A stretch of DNA of 64,000 bases. It comes from Lytechinus pictus. Lineage: Eukaryota. The position numbers and the translations under genes are program-made. Positions within the stretch are counted from its first letter, which is position 1; each line of letters opens with the position of its first letter. Of this stretch, positions 1-14,100 are shown piece by piece. The DNA lies in assembly GCF_037042905.1 (NCBI RefSeq), contig NC_087252.1, positions 2,048,001-2,112,000 on the forward strand, written 5' to 3'. Below the pieces are notes generated by a model. The model did no database searches. It had not been told where the DNA came from and saw only the letters and a list, made by a program, of their open reading frames with translations.

Positions 1-3000
1 AGGAAAGCGGGAAAAGGAACGAAAGAAGAACATTCGAGAAAGAACAAATCATTTCAAAATAGGCCTAAGTAAAGCAATAGCATGATGGGAATAAATTTAA
101 AGATGACAAAGAGGCAAATAATAGCGGGAAATGAAGATAGATTTCGTCAAAAGCTAAATTGGAAAACAAAGAACAAGAAAAAAAATACTTTATAACACGA
201 CCGGGCTGCCGAGGATTGAATATAAAGAGCGGGAAGAAAGACGGACTGCATGCATATAACATTCTGCTATAGGCTTGCTAAATTTTATTAAAAAAAGCTT
301 TGCCCAAGACCCCACGCAGTAGGGGCTCCTCATCTAAAGGCCTAACATTCAAATGGCTCTATAACGTCCCCCCCCCCCTTGTAGGGACCCTTCCTACATT
401 AAGCTTTTCGTTCAATCACTGGCGTACAGGCGTGGGGTCTTGGTTCCACACCCAAGGGGAAATAAAAGAAATATAGGAGACAAATTAATGAAACGAATGG
501 AAACAATTAAGTGTGTTATTTGCTGAATATAATGGAAAAATCTATCACATAATTATTATTTTTTTCCCAGCTCGCTTGCTCGCTGGCGACTTTCTATAAA
601 TTTTCCCACATCGCTATGTTTCGCCCCCTCAAAACATTTGGTTCATTACGCAACTGGGTTGAATGAATGTGTTGTGTAAAAGCTATATCCTGTATATGCC
701 CGCGATTCGATTAAAATGGCGGCAATCTGCGAGGTTTAAATGGCTTTGATATCAAGAAGTTCCGGGGGCTCCGCCCAGGACCCCAACCACATAGCACTGT
801 CGTATGTGAGTATGGAAGGGTTGGGCCATGGCCCCTAAAAGTTCTGCAACAAAAAAGAGGAAAGAAAAGCACAGAAAAAGTGTAGGACTATGATTTTATT
901 TACTGAATATATTGTAAAAAAAATATAGCAAAGTTAGATTCTCATGAAAAGGTGATTTTTTTTTCTCGCTCGCTTCGCTCGCTTCGCTCGGGATTTATAT
1001 TAAGCAGCTTTTTAGTACATGTGCCATACTGCGCCCCTGTTTTTTTTTTACTCTTCACGCTACTGCTGCAAAAAATCCTATTCACAATGGCATACAGACC
1101 ACAACAAAAGAAATGGAAAGAGAGAAGATTGATATATATTCTCTGGATATCATGTCAAAATCTATCACAAAATTGATTCTTTGTATTTAAAAATGTCAAA
1201 TTTTTTGCTCGCTCGCTTCGCATTCTCGCAACATTTAAAAAAAGATAAACTCTGCCCGATCCACAATATCTGGCCCTCTCAAAATAGTCGCCTCATTACA
1301 CCATTACGCCTAGTACGAGGTTACGGTATGCTATATGACCGGGAAATTTTTGGCTCTTGCCCCCCCCCCCCCCCCCCCCCCCCCCTGGTCACCGACCCCT
1401 GTTACGCCGCTGGGCAGTGGAACGTATTTTTGTTGAGGGGGGAAGCAAAAAGGGAACTTATATGTCAAAATGGGCATTTGGTGCAAACGAATATTTTCAC
1501 CGAAAAATTATCATATGCGTGAAGTAATTGTGAGTTTTGTGGTACTAAATTTGAGCACAGCCTTTTTGAAGGGATTTGTGATTGATTACACATAAATGTA
1601 TGCTTTATTTCTTCTGCGAGCAAACGATTACCGAAAAATTTAAAAATCTGTAAAAAATTAAATTCGATTTTTGGTGAATTTTGGTGAATATTAATGTCAA
1701 AATGTCACCTTTGCGAGATGTTACAAGCGCGAATCACCATCTCAAACTTCTGGATATTTTATGTAATAAGACAAAATAAAATACATTACGACCAGTTTTT
1801 GTTATGAAAAAAATGTCTAATCTAATTAAATAACTAAAGAATTTACGCAAGCGCGAAGCGCAAGCATTTAGTGACTGATGAATAGGATACATCTAACAAA
1901 TCAGGTATGGGAGAGCGGGGCTAATCCGCCCCAGGAGCAAGTCCGCCCACAACTTGATCTGACACTTTGCCGTGACTGGATGAATTACAATTCACAATAA
2001 TACATACATACATACATACATGATAAACAAAGAATAATTGGATTAAGATGTCAATTTCAAAAAGTGAACGTGTATAGAAAATTAACTAAGTATTCAATAA
2101 CTAAGTCCAATAAGTCGGAGAAGGTCCCTAGATCCCGAAAATACGAATAGTAGGCATATAACTATAATTTTTCGTAAAATCAAAATATATAATTAGCCCA
2201 ACACTGCTTACAATGACTGCATATATTGAACAATTACACAATGTTACATATGTAAATACAAATGAGAGGCACAAATAAAAATTATATAAAAGTGCAAAAA
2301 TAATTGAAATGAAAAAGCTGATGCAAGATTTTAAAAAAAAGAGAGGGAGAGACAGAGAGAAAATAATTCTTCAAGTCAATCACTGTTGAGTTTTATGTAT
2401 TTGGAAAACGATATGCTTTTCAGCTATGGTTTAAACTAAGCAAGCTTTGGGGGAACCTTTAATCTATTAGCTAATGAAATCCAGAAATAATCTATTGCCC
2501 AATTCATATTTTAAGTGGTAATTCAGTGTTCTGTGTTGATCATTTAGTCACACATTGAGATATCACTATATCACAGGGGAGGCGCGTACTTGGAGCAGGG
2601 GACACATGACCCCCAAGTGCCCCCCACCCCCCCCAAAAAAAAAATAATAATATCCGCTGGAAACTAATCCTTTTCCAAAATAGGATGCATTTCAAAATTA
2701 AATATGTCTTTTTCTAACGAATATACGTTTTTAGAAGTAAATTATACATTTTTGGTTAGAAAATCAATACATTTTTGGCACGTGCTTCGCGCTCTATCAA
2801 TTATTAGTGAGAAAGGTATACCTTATCATGTTTATGGTTTTCAAAATGTTTAGAATGTCCAGTATCTAAGTTTGAAATAATAACAAATTTTTCCTCGCGT
2901 TTCGCGCTGGCATCAATTATTTTTTTAAAACAAATGTTCATTATATATATTTTTGGTTTAAAAAATGTTAAAATTTTCAGTTTTCAGGGTTGGGATATCA

Positions 3001-3525
3001 CAAATATTAAACTCGAGCCTCGAGCTCGCATTATTTCATTGGCGAGATATGTAGGCCTATCATATTCATAAGTCACTAAATGCTGACCATATCAGGTTCC
3101 TTTTCAGGTCAGAAGGTCCTATATATAAACAAAATCAGCTCGAACCTACAGCTGGCATTAATTCATTAGTTAGGTACACATCTTTTTTCATATTTAAAAA
3201 ATACTCGAAATGTTTCATTTCCATGTCTTATTACAAGAAATGTCCGAATGTTTGAGGTCGTGATTCGACCTCAATAATTAGAATTAATGCCCTTTTATCT
3301 TAACAGTGAATAGCACCATGAAGCGAGTTTTGAAACTTCAGATTGGAATTTTTCCAAAGCGCTACTCTCTCGCGGAAAAAAGAGCCTATATATCTCAGCA
3401 ATCAGTTAAAAAAGGCTTTCCTCAACTTACAAATTACTACAAAAACAACCAACTACTCCACGCAGATAGCAGTGTCATATAGGAACATTATACGTTTGCA
3501 CCAGATGCAAATGGAAACATATGTA

Positions 3526-4392
3526 CCCTTATTATCTTTGCCTCCCCCCTCTCCAAATGAAAATATGTTAAGTGCCGGCCCAGATTTACTTTTTAAATCC
3601 ATGTTATTCTAATTTTTAAAATATTCACGGACAATACACTCTATTAATTCTGGTTAAGTTTTTCTTCCTTTTTGGTTTGTAGTCCATTCTAAAAATACAA
3701 ATAAAAAAGAGATTTAAGACATATGATAACCTGGTATTAAAGTACCTTTATTGTCTTTGCCTACCCCCCTCCAAATAAAAATATGTTAAGCACCGCCCCA
3801 GCTTTTACTTTTTGAATCCATGTTATTCTAATTTGTAAAATGTTCACGCACGAAACACTCTATAGGCTTCTGGTTAAGTTTTTTTCTTCTTTTTTTTTCG
3901 TTTTTAGTCAATTCTAAAAATACAAATAAAAGAAATTCAATACATATAATAACCTGATGAAAATAAGTTCCCTTATGTCTTTGCCTCCCCCTCCAAATGA
4001 AAATATGTTAAGCATTGCCCCAGCCTTTCCTTTTTCAATCCATGTTATTCTAATTTGTAAAATATTCACGCACAAACCACTTTATATGCTTGTGGTTAAG
4101 TTTTCCTTCTTTTTGGTTTGAAGTCCATTCTAAAAATACAAATAAAAGAAATTCAATACATATAATAACCTGATGAAAATAAGTTCCCTTATGTCTTTGC
4201 CTCCCCCTCCAAATGAAAATATGTTAAGCACTGCTTCAGCCTTTCCTTTTTCAATCCATGTTATTCTAATTTGTAAAATATTCACGCACAAACCACTTTA
4301 TATGCTTCTGGTTAAGTTTTTCCTCCTTTTTGGTTTGAAGTCCATTCTAAAAATACAAATAAAAAGAAATTTAGGACATATAGTAACTTGGT
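3526..4392 (+). repeat. Tandem repeat, about 220-bp unit, 4 copies
   Basis: TCTTTGCCTCCCCCTCCAAATGAAAATATGTTAAG-like starts near 3526, 3745, 3970 and 4186. Confidence 0.9.
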
Positions 4393-4733
4393 AAAAAAAA
4401 GTGCAGCATATTAGAGGCAATCGTGTGCTTGTGCATGTAGAGGATCCTATGCGTGCATCCGATCCCAAACAACACAGAAGCAAACACGGAGGCACTGCGC
4501 ACACACACTGGACACATTTTCAATAGGCTAGGGAGCGAGTTACGCTATAGCAGTAGTTAACACTTTAAGACCTTAACAGACGTAAACAACTATTAGGTTG
4601 GACGAAAATATTCGCCTTTCCACTCTGACTTTCTACATGTCTGTTGTCATGATGAAAAAATGTACAGTCCAGTGATAACGAAGAGAATCACACACGTCTC
4701 ATGAATTAAATACTGATTTTGCAATACGAGACT

Positions 4734-4736
<3 letters not shown>

Positions 4737-4779
<43 letters not shown>
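4737..4779 (+). repeat. (GA)n microsatellite
   Basis: Direct reading. Confidence 0.95.
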
Positions 4780-4780
<1 letters not shown>

Positions 4781-4859
4781 AGAATAGAGAAAGACAATGG
4801 TTTCCTCTATCACGGGACCATGTGGAATATTGAGGAAGAGATTGTCAACATTATACCTA

Positions 4860-5188
4860 TCATCTGATCATACGATAGGTATTATACATGAATGAAACGA
4901 TTGAATTACCACATCCAATTAATACAGCTATGTCCTTGTATCCAATCTTGGAAAGCTCTTCACTTAATTTCTTCCTATCTCCTTTGATGAAGTCATGAAG
5001 TTTTATTAATACAGCAGTAGTTCCCTTAGTGAGATGGTCAGGTGCGTACTGGACTCTGTATTTTGTTAACGTCTCATCAGGAATTTCAAGAGCCTTCGCT
5101 AACGGATACACATCTTCGAGGAGTAGGCGGAAGGCAATGTCAAGTAATTCGCATAGCCCTACGTTGTCCGACCTCGAGGTGAGCAGAT
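4860..5188 (-). CDS. Gene A death domain 7 (most canonical); probably the last or penultimate coding exon
   Basis: ttttatctatag|DLLTSRSDNVGLCELLDIAFRLLLEDVYPLAKALEIPDETLTKYRVQY...VLIKL...KLSEELSKIGYKDIAVLI. Ends at a donor at 4910 or reads to the stop at 4860. Confidence 0.75.
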
Positions 5189-8100
5189 CTATAGATAAAA
5201 CAGAAAATTATGAACAAGAATCTAAGCCAAGTGGCGTTGTAAAGTAAACTTCATGTTTGGCATGTTTGGTTGTGAGTAAAGTTAGGTTTATGACAAAACG
5301 CAATTCGACGCCTAAAACGTGTTTTTTTTCTTTCAATACTTTTCAGGATAGTTTTGTTCTGTGTGATATTAGTAGCAAACTAAACTGAAAGGGTGATAAA
5401 CGAACTTTCCCTCAATGGAAGACCTAATAATACATACCATTATCCTGCAAACTACTATATCCTACTCGGCACCATAGTAGTATGTATGGTCAAGATAGAC
5501 CACATGTCAATCACATGTGATTGACAGGTGTCAATCACAATAGTGAATAGGCTAATCTCCTACTTGATTAATCCCCAACTGGTAATGAATAAGACAAATC
5601 CTCTATTGTAATGAATAGGGTAATCTCCTCCTTGATTAAACCCCCAACTTGGTAATGAATAGGACAAATCCTCTATTGTAGTGAATAGTATAATCTCCTA
5701 CTTGATTAAACCCCAACTTGGTAATGAATAAGACAAATCCTCTATTGTAATGAATAGGGTAATCTCCTCCTTGATTAAACCCCCAACTTGGTAATGAATA
5801 AGACAAATCCTCTATTGTAATGAATAGGGTAATCTCCTACTTGTTACTGAATAGGACAAGTAATGAATGGGGTAATTATCCTCATCCCAAATGAATAGGG
5901 CCATCTCCTCCTCAATGAATGGGACAATCTCCTACCTAATGTTGATATCAGTGAGGTCAAAAGCGGAGAGTCGTTGTGGGGATGAACATAATTAATTTTT
6001 AAATTTATGTTAGACAAAGCGGTCAAGTTGGACATGGAGATTTTTTGTAATGTGTGGAGAGTAGGGATTGATGATGGGACAATAGAATTAGGGTAGTGAG
6101 TTGGTCAAGTTCACTCTTTTGAGTGGGGATTTTGGATACAGGCAGATGTTTGCCAATCAGCTCATCTGTGTGTGTGTGGGTTTATGGATGCAGATTTTGG
6201 ATGCAGGTAGATGTTTGCCAAGCAGCTCATCTTTGTGGGGTCTTGGATGCCGACAGGTGTTTGCCGTTTGCCAAGTAGCCTCATCTTTGTTAGGTTTTGG
6301 ATAAAGCTATTAAAAGCCAAGTAGTTTTCAAGACATCTGCAAGAAGCCATATTGTAATTGGATAATTATGAATTAACGGTGACCTCGTGAAACACTTGGT
6401 TAAGGTGACCATAGGGATGCATCATTGATTAGTGACCCTCGATGGTCATGAAGTTAGAGTGGAATAGTATTATTGGTTACACAGTGAACCTAATTTCAGG
6501 GGGGTCGCTTACAATTTAACATGACTGTTTCCACGGTTTCATGCAGGATAGCTGTCACCCAATCGGTATGTCTCATTCCGCCATTTTGGCGTTGCAACGT
6601 CTACGGCGAAACATCAGCATCGTCATGATTGTGGAGTTGTGGGGGGCGTAATAAGAGAGTTTAGCTAGAATCCACTTCATTCCCTCACATTATTCCAGCA
6701 GTGTGGCGTTGCGGCGTCTAACGGCGTCATGGGGTTGCGGTATAGGAGGATCGCAATTTACCATTTGGCAATGAGTTCGACGATGTTTGGTGATTAATAA
6801 TGTCAAATGTCGGTCCCAATTATAAATCATCATTTCTCATAGATGCATGTCTGTAAAAACTTATCACACGCACACTCTACATGTAGAACAGAAACACACA
6901 CTCTCTATTTATCGGATAGTGGGGGTTAACACTTCTTCCAATTGTTGTCACATGACCCTCCGTTTATTTTCAAAATCTTCAACCTCGAGAAAACAAATAA
7001 TTATTCAGATCGAGTGTCAATTCAAAGAGCAGGAATGTATCAATGTTGTCGATAGACTCGGGGCACTTTATCATTTGGAATACTTTTTTATTCAATTTTG
7101 TACTTCCCGAGATCGAAGTTGAGAATATCTCATTTTTATGGGAAATATATTTACAGAGGGCAATAAATCGGATCAAATCGTCAAAGTTTATGTTTGCAAG
7201 GATTTTATCAAATAAAACAACAAAAACTTTCACTCTTATGTCTAAGGAAAATTATTTATATTATCATTGTTATAAACACAAACCTCAGTATGACACGATT
7301 TTTCAAGTGTCATGTTTGCTGCGCCAATGCAGTGCAAATAACAGCAAGATTAACACAATGTAGACAGAGAGTATGAATGAACTATGACACTTCATGAAGT
7401 AGATATTCAGACAATCTATTTCATTGAAAGAATTGTATTGCCAACAGATGGTTCGCAATTGATGAGCTATTGTATTCATTATTTGGATAATGTGGCCGAT
7501 AGAGGGCGTGCTATATCATTTCAGATTTAATTAGTTTGGAAACTGTACTTTCAGAGAACTTTAGAATATTTCCTTGACAGTAAAATATAATTCCAGATAG
7601 AATTAAGGCGCTCAGTCGCATCGGCAAATCTGTAAATTTCATACAGCGCGTCCCTAAAAAATGTCCCTCTGACATAAGGCTGAATTAATTTAAAATATGG
7701 AAATTATTCTCGAGTAAAATAATGTATAATTATAGGAAGCTCATCTCAAGTCCTCACTTCTCAAACAATTTCATTGGTCTTGCTTCAGCGGTTTTGAATA
7801 TACAGTAATTATGTAACAATGGTGCTTTTCAGCCTATTCCAAGTTTTCATACATGCATCAAGTTAGATTATGATCATGATATAAGCTTTCTACTCCTGTA
7901 CATTATTTTGATTGAATGAGAGTACTACAACACTTTGGAATAACTTCAGCTTGGCTATGTCAGAGGGACATTTTTGGGGGGGACGTGCTGTATGTAGGTC
8001 TACATTCGTAGACATGGTAGAGGTGACATGATTGAAAACACTTCATTGCGGCGTACATTGCTCTGTTTTGACGGCGTTACGGCGGCGTACGGTGGCGCTA

Positions 8101-11100
8101 CGGCGCATCTAACGGCAATGAACATTGCGCCATGGCGTCATAGTTTGACAATACTCACCATGTAATATAAAGTGGCGATGCAATTGTTGCACTATCATTT
8201 GCAAGCTTAACATCTTCAAGTCAACATGAATACTCTCTCAAACCGATTTGCTTGTTCCCTATGCGATAAGACGTATAGTCGCAGGTTTGACGTGAAGAGG
8301 CACGAACAAACTGCGCATCGAGAAATGGAAACGGATGAGGAACCGAATGAAACTAAATCTGAGAATGAAGACTCCAGTGATAATGAAAATATCATAGAGG
8401 AAGATTCTAAAATGATAGAATCAGAAAGTGAAGAAGAAGACAATGGAGATCCTGAAGACAACCTAGTTTATCAAGAATGGTTCAAACTGGCTCTAGCAGC
8501 AACCGATGAGATGAGAAATGAAAAATACGAAAAATATATCTCACGGGGTATGGATGAGGAAGAAGCTCGAGAGAATGCTCACACAAAAGTTTTATGGGCA
8601 GTCAAACGAATCTTCTTCGACCACTACTCTTACTTCTTGCGACATAGCTTGTATCTTGAAGAAGATGACAGCAATCTTGACATTCTATCTGATATCAAAG
8701 AAAGAGTAGAGAATGGAATGGATATTCGGAAAGCAATACAACGCGTGTTGGCCAGACACGGAACAAAGTTTGATGTCCTATTTCAATACCAGGAAGAAGA
8801 GGAGTATGAAGAAGAGATGGAAGGGATTGAAGAAAGTGACAACTAGTGCACATAATAATACAGAACAAACTTTGTAGATTGTAGAAAGCTGAACATGTAT
8901 TATGATCATGATGAAATGATATTTTTGTCCATGCTGATAAGTTCCAAGAGAGTGACCACATATAATATATGAATGTACTTTTTGATACCTACAAATTAAA
9001 AATATGCATTGCTTGTTAATATATTGTTTCATACTGCAATTAAAATAACAAAATTTGCTGATGTGAAATATATTTTTGCATAAGATGTGTTTTTTCCTTC
9101 TCTTGTGCTTTGTCGTTGGACGGATTGATGCGATTAAACGCTTTCTATCAACAAAAATAAAAATTGAATTCATGACTTTGCCGTTAGTTGCGCCGTAGCG
9201 CCACCGTACGCCGTCAAAACAGAGCAATGTACGCCGCAATGAAGTGTTTTCAATCATGTCACCTCTACCATGTCTACGAATGTAGACCTACATACAGCAC
9301 GTCCCCCCCAAAAATGTCCCTCTGACATAGCCAAGCTGAAGTTATTCCAAAGTGTTGTAGTACTCTCATTCAATCAAAATAATGTACAGGAGTAGAAAGC
9401 TTATATCATGATCATAATCTAACTTGATGCATGTATGAAAACTTGGAATAGGCTGAAAAGCACCATTGTTACATAATTACTGTATATTCAAAACCGCTGA
9501 AGCAAGACCAATGAAATTGTTTGAGAAGTGAGGACTTGAGATGAGCTTCCTATAATTATACATTATTTTACTCGAGAATAATTTCCATATTTTAAATTAA
9601 TTCAGCCTTATGTCAGAGGGACATTTTTTAGGGACGCGCTGTATGAAATTTACAGATTTGCCGATGCGACTGAGCGCCTTAATTCTATCTGGAATTATAT
9701 TTTACTGTCAAGGAAATATTCTAAAGTTCTCTGAAAGTACAGTTTCCAAACTAATTAAATCTGAAATGATATAGCACGCCCTCTATCGGCCACATTATCC
9801 AAATAATGAATACAATAGCTCATCAATTGCGAACCATCTGTTGGCAATACAATTCTTTCAATGAAATAGATTGTCTGAATATCTACTTCATGAAGTGTCA
9901 TAGTTCATTCATACTCTCTGTCTACATTGTGTTAATCTTGCTGTTATTTGCACTGCATTGGCGCAGCAAACATGACACTTGAAAAATCGTGTCATACTGA
10001 GGTTTGTGTTTATAACAATGATAATATAAATAATTTTCCTTAGACATAAGAGTGAAAGTTTTTGTTGTTTTATTTGATAAAATCCTTGCAAACATAAACT
10101 TTGACGATTTGATCCGATTTATTGCCCTCTGTAAATATATTTCCCATAAAAATGAGATATTCTCAACTTCGATCTCGGGAAGTACAAAATTGAATAAAAA
10201 AGTATTCCAAATGATAAAGTGCCCCGAGTCTATCGACAACATTGATACATTCCTGCTCTTTGAATTGACACTCGATCTGAATAATTATTTGTTTTCTCGA
10301 GGTTGAAGATTTTGAAAATAAACGGAGGGTCATGTGACAACAATTGGAAGAAGTGTTAACCCCCACTATCCGATAAATAGAGAGTGTGTGTTTCTGTTCT
10401 ACATGTAGAGTGTGCGTGTGATAAGTTTTTACAGACATGCATCTATGAGAAATGATGATTTATAATTGGGACCGACATTTGACATTATTAATCACCAAAC
10501 ATCGTCGAACTCATTGCCAAATGGTAAATTGCGATCCTCCTATACCGCAACCCCATGACGCCGTTAGACGCCGCAACGCCACACTGCTGGAATAATGTGA
10601 GGGAATGAAGTGGATTCTAGCTAAACTCTCTTATTACGCCCCCCACAACTCCACAATCATGACGATGCTGATGTTTCGCCGTAGACGTTGCAACGCCAAA
10701 ATGGCGGAATGAGACATACCGATTGGGTGACAGCTATCCTGCATGAAACCGTGGAAACAGTCATGTTAAATTGTAAGCGACCCCCCTGAAATTAGGTTCA
10801 CTGTGTAACCAATAATACTATTCCACTCTAACTTCATGACCATCGAGGGTCACTAATCAATGATGCATCCCTATGGTCACCTTAACCAAGTGTTTCACGA
10901 GGTCACCGTTAATTCATAATTATCCAATTACAATATGGCTTCTTGCAGATGTCTTGAAAACTACTTGGCTTTTAATAGCTTTATCCAAAACCTAACAAAG
11001 ATGAGGCTACTTGGCAAACGGCAAACACCTGTCGGCATCCAAGACCCCACAAAGATGAGCTGCTTGGCAAACATCTACCTGCATCCAAAATCTGCATCCA

Positions 11101-14100
11101 TAAACCCACACACACACAGATGAGCTGATTGGCAAACATCTGCCTGTATCCAAAATCCCCACTCAAAAGAGTGAACTTGACCAACTCACTACCCTAATTC
11201 TATTGTCCCATCATCAATCCCTACTCTCCACACATTACAAAAAATCTCCATGTCCAACTTGACCGCTTTGTCTAACATAAATTTAAAAATTAATTATGTT
11301 CATCCCCACAACGACTCTCCGCTTTTGACCTCACTGATATCAACATTAGGTAGGAGATTGTCCCATTCATTGAGGAGGAGATGGCCCTATTCATTTGGGA
11401 TGAGGATAATTACCCCATTCATTACTTGTCCTATTCAGTAACAAGTAGGAGATTACCCTATTCATTACAATAGAGGATTTGTCTTATTCATTACCAAGTT
11501 GGGGGTTTAATCAAGGAGGAGATTACCCTATTCATTACAATAGAGGATTTGTCTTATTCATTACCAAGTTGGGGTTTAATCAAGTAGGAGATTATACTAT
11601 TCACTACAATAGAGGATTTGTCCTATTCATTACCAAGTTGGGGGTTTAATCAAGGAGGAGATTACCCTATTCATTACAATAGAGGATTTGTCTTATTCAT
11701 TACCAGTTGGGGATTAATCAAGTAGGAGATTAGCCTATTCACTATTGTGATTGACACCTGTCAATCACATGTGATTGACATGTGGTCTATCTTGACCATA
11801 CATACTACTCACCATAAATTACAGATGGGATTCAAACAGCCTCGAAATATGCATTAAGATGTGTTAATGCGCAACTATTCTGCCTTTCCTTCGTTGTCCA
11901 TAGATCCAACCCAATGTAAACCATGTACACTGGAAATTTTTTTGGTGTTAACTGTTTTTAAGTTTCGGCCTTCAAAGCAACAATTTAGATACTTTCAGAT
12001 GTATGAATAATGTCTAACAGCAAAATGAACAAACTTTCTACACGCAAATGCATGGAAACAAGATCCTGCTAAAACCAAGACGTCATAATTATTTGGCATG
12101 TTTAGAGCGTTTTCGAGTGAAATTTTTGTATTTTGTAGCATTCCAAATTAACTTCCAGAAAGTGTGTAGGCCTTTTTTCTATAATGTCTTCGACCCGTTT
12201 CCGCGGAAAAAGTGGTTAAAAAACTAATGACATGAATAAAGCAAGAATATTTTGACCAAATCCTAATATACTACTTGTACTACTCCAAAAGTTAAGTAGT
12301 ATACATGTCCAATCAGAGTATATTTACCCATAACTTTTGCGGATTTCAGCTTTTCACGGAGTTTATTCTCAAAGTTCTCTTCCGGATGCTCCGTCATCCA
12401 ACCCCGAGCATACGCTCCTATCACATCCGCACAATGAACACCTTCTTGATCTTCTCCGAATGTTCGTTTGATTTTGTCATGCTTATATGTGGGAAGGCAG
12501 GCAGCGATTCTAAGAACTTCGTAATTGATGGAGTCACTGAGCAGAATATCCGGAGTCTTAACGGTGTTAACTGGGGATTAATGTGAATTGAAGTTATCTA
12601 TTAGGACATTATTGGCATTTGTCAATATTCTTGGTCGAAACACAAAAAGTAGCACAAAGCAAATATACAATTTGAGGAACATTAGTAAATGAACAAAAAC
12701 ATATTAACAGTATTTCATGAAATCTTAAGTTTTCTTTCATTAAATTAGACATGAATAATAGAAAAGAGGGTCAAACATGGAGGGGAAAAAGAGAGATAAA
12801 AAGAGAGTGTGTAAGTTAGAGGGGGGGGGGGGGGGTGTGGCGAAGGATGATGAACAGAGTGATATGAAGAAAATAGACGAAAAAAAAATATCGTCAGTCA
12901 TTACCTGAATACCTAATGTAAAACACAATGTGATAGCCATATAAAGTGTTCAAATGCAAAAAAAAAAATAATGATAACAAATAACGCGTTGCATTTTATT
13001 GTTAAGTAAAATAATAAATAAGCCCTAAACAAATAGTCTATGAGGAGGGGATGGCGGATGACAAAACCGATGAGTGGACATTTCCAAATTATGTGGTCAC
13101 TCCAAATTACAGAATATTTGTAAATAAACGTGTTTAATAGGTGTAAATAATGCCATACCATCATTCATTCTCTGTGATGTTATCAAATAAAGGATGTTAA
13201 GGGGTTCCAGTAAACGAAAGACAAAGAAATTAAATAAAACAATATGAAATCTAATTTCACTGTGACATACCGTAGGGAACGAATCCTTAAAAGTTGCTTT
13301 CAATATGAATGTAATTTGCCTTTATTTCATCCTCAATTAGAAATATACATAATACAATATATAAGAAACTATTAACAAGTAAAAATGAAATTGAATATGG
13401 ATAGCGGATTGCATAAAGCCACAAGGCATTGTATAGATGAAGTCCCCCACAAATAGACACATGGTAGATGAGAAGCGCTTAATAAATGTAACTATTAGTA
13501 TTATTGTTATTAATATTATGATGATGATGATGATAAAGAAAGGATAAGATAAAACATAAAACAAGATATATAAATAGAAACAAAAATTAATGTACAAATC
13601 AGGCTTCACTAATTCAGTATGGGATAGAAAAAAACCTCCGGGTTATACATTAGGACGCAAATGATGAAGAAATAGTGGACATTTATCAAGGAAACGGTCA
13701 CCCCCTTATAAAAATCGCCAATGGTATTTGAATGGTGGCGAATGGTAGTTGAATGGTGATCTGAATGGTAAATGGTACGCGAATGGTATTTCAGTGGTGT
13801 TTCAATGGTAAGTTCTTAATGGTAAGTGGTAGTTTATGGTAGCTGAATGGTGATCTGAATGGTAAATGGTACGCGAATGGTATTTAAGTGGTGTTTCAAT
13901 GGTAAGTTCTTAATGGTAATTGGTAGTTTATTTAATGGTAAATGGTATACCATATACCCAATGGTGTCTCAGTGGTATGTGTCTAATGGTATGATTGGTA
14001 TGATGAATGGTATACCATACCCAATGGTGTCTCAGTGGTATACAATGGTGTCTCAGTAGTATGTGCCTCTAATGGTATGATTGGTATGATGAATGGTATA

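Larger units (their letters stand above)
5476..8077 (+). repeat. Left inverted arm (2602 bp) of the Polinton-type element; mirror of 9208-11809
   Basis: Mirrored ORFs give identical translations, and their coordinates always sum to 17285. Imperfect pairing continues to about 8118/9178. Confidence 0.95.
5476..11809. mobile_element. Non-autonomous Polinton/Maverick-type element, 6334 bp
   Basis: Termini AGTAGT...ACTACT. 6-bp TSD CACCAT at 5470-5475 and 11810-11815. Very long TIRs. No polB, integrase, ATPase or capsid ORF. Confidence 0.85.

Noticed and set aside
1..3400. Short ORFs and C/G-run, CGCTTCGCTCG-rich stretches (also about 32960-33165, 41520-41730, 63190-63420)
   Set aside because: Fragments of common interspersed repeats. 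Boundaries are not resolvable and there is no coding signal.
5844..7376. Small ORFs duplicated in both Polinton arms (62-106 aa)
   Set aside because: No recognisable motif, and they overlap on both strands. Their duplication only reflects the inverted repeat. The 84-aa one cannot be fully excluded.
5476..11809. Assembly artefact explanation for the giant inverted repeat
   Set aside because: Exact 6-bp TSD, Polinton-type termini and a unique coding core argue for a real element. Long-read confirmation is still needed.
11811..11930. Additional gene A exon ending at a GTGAGT-like donor beside the Polinton end
   Set aside because: In-frame TGA in phase 1, and the donor is created by the TSD-TIR junction.
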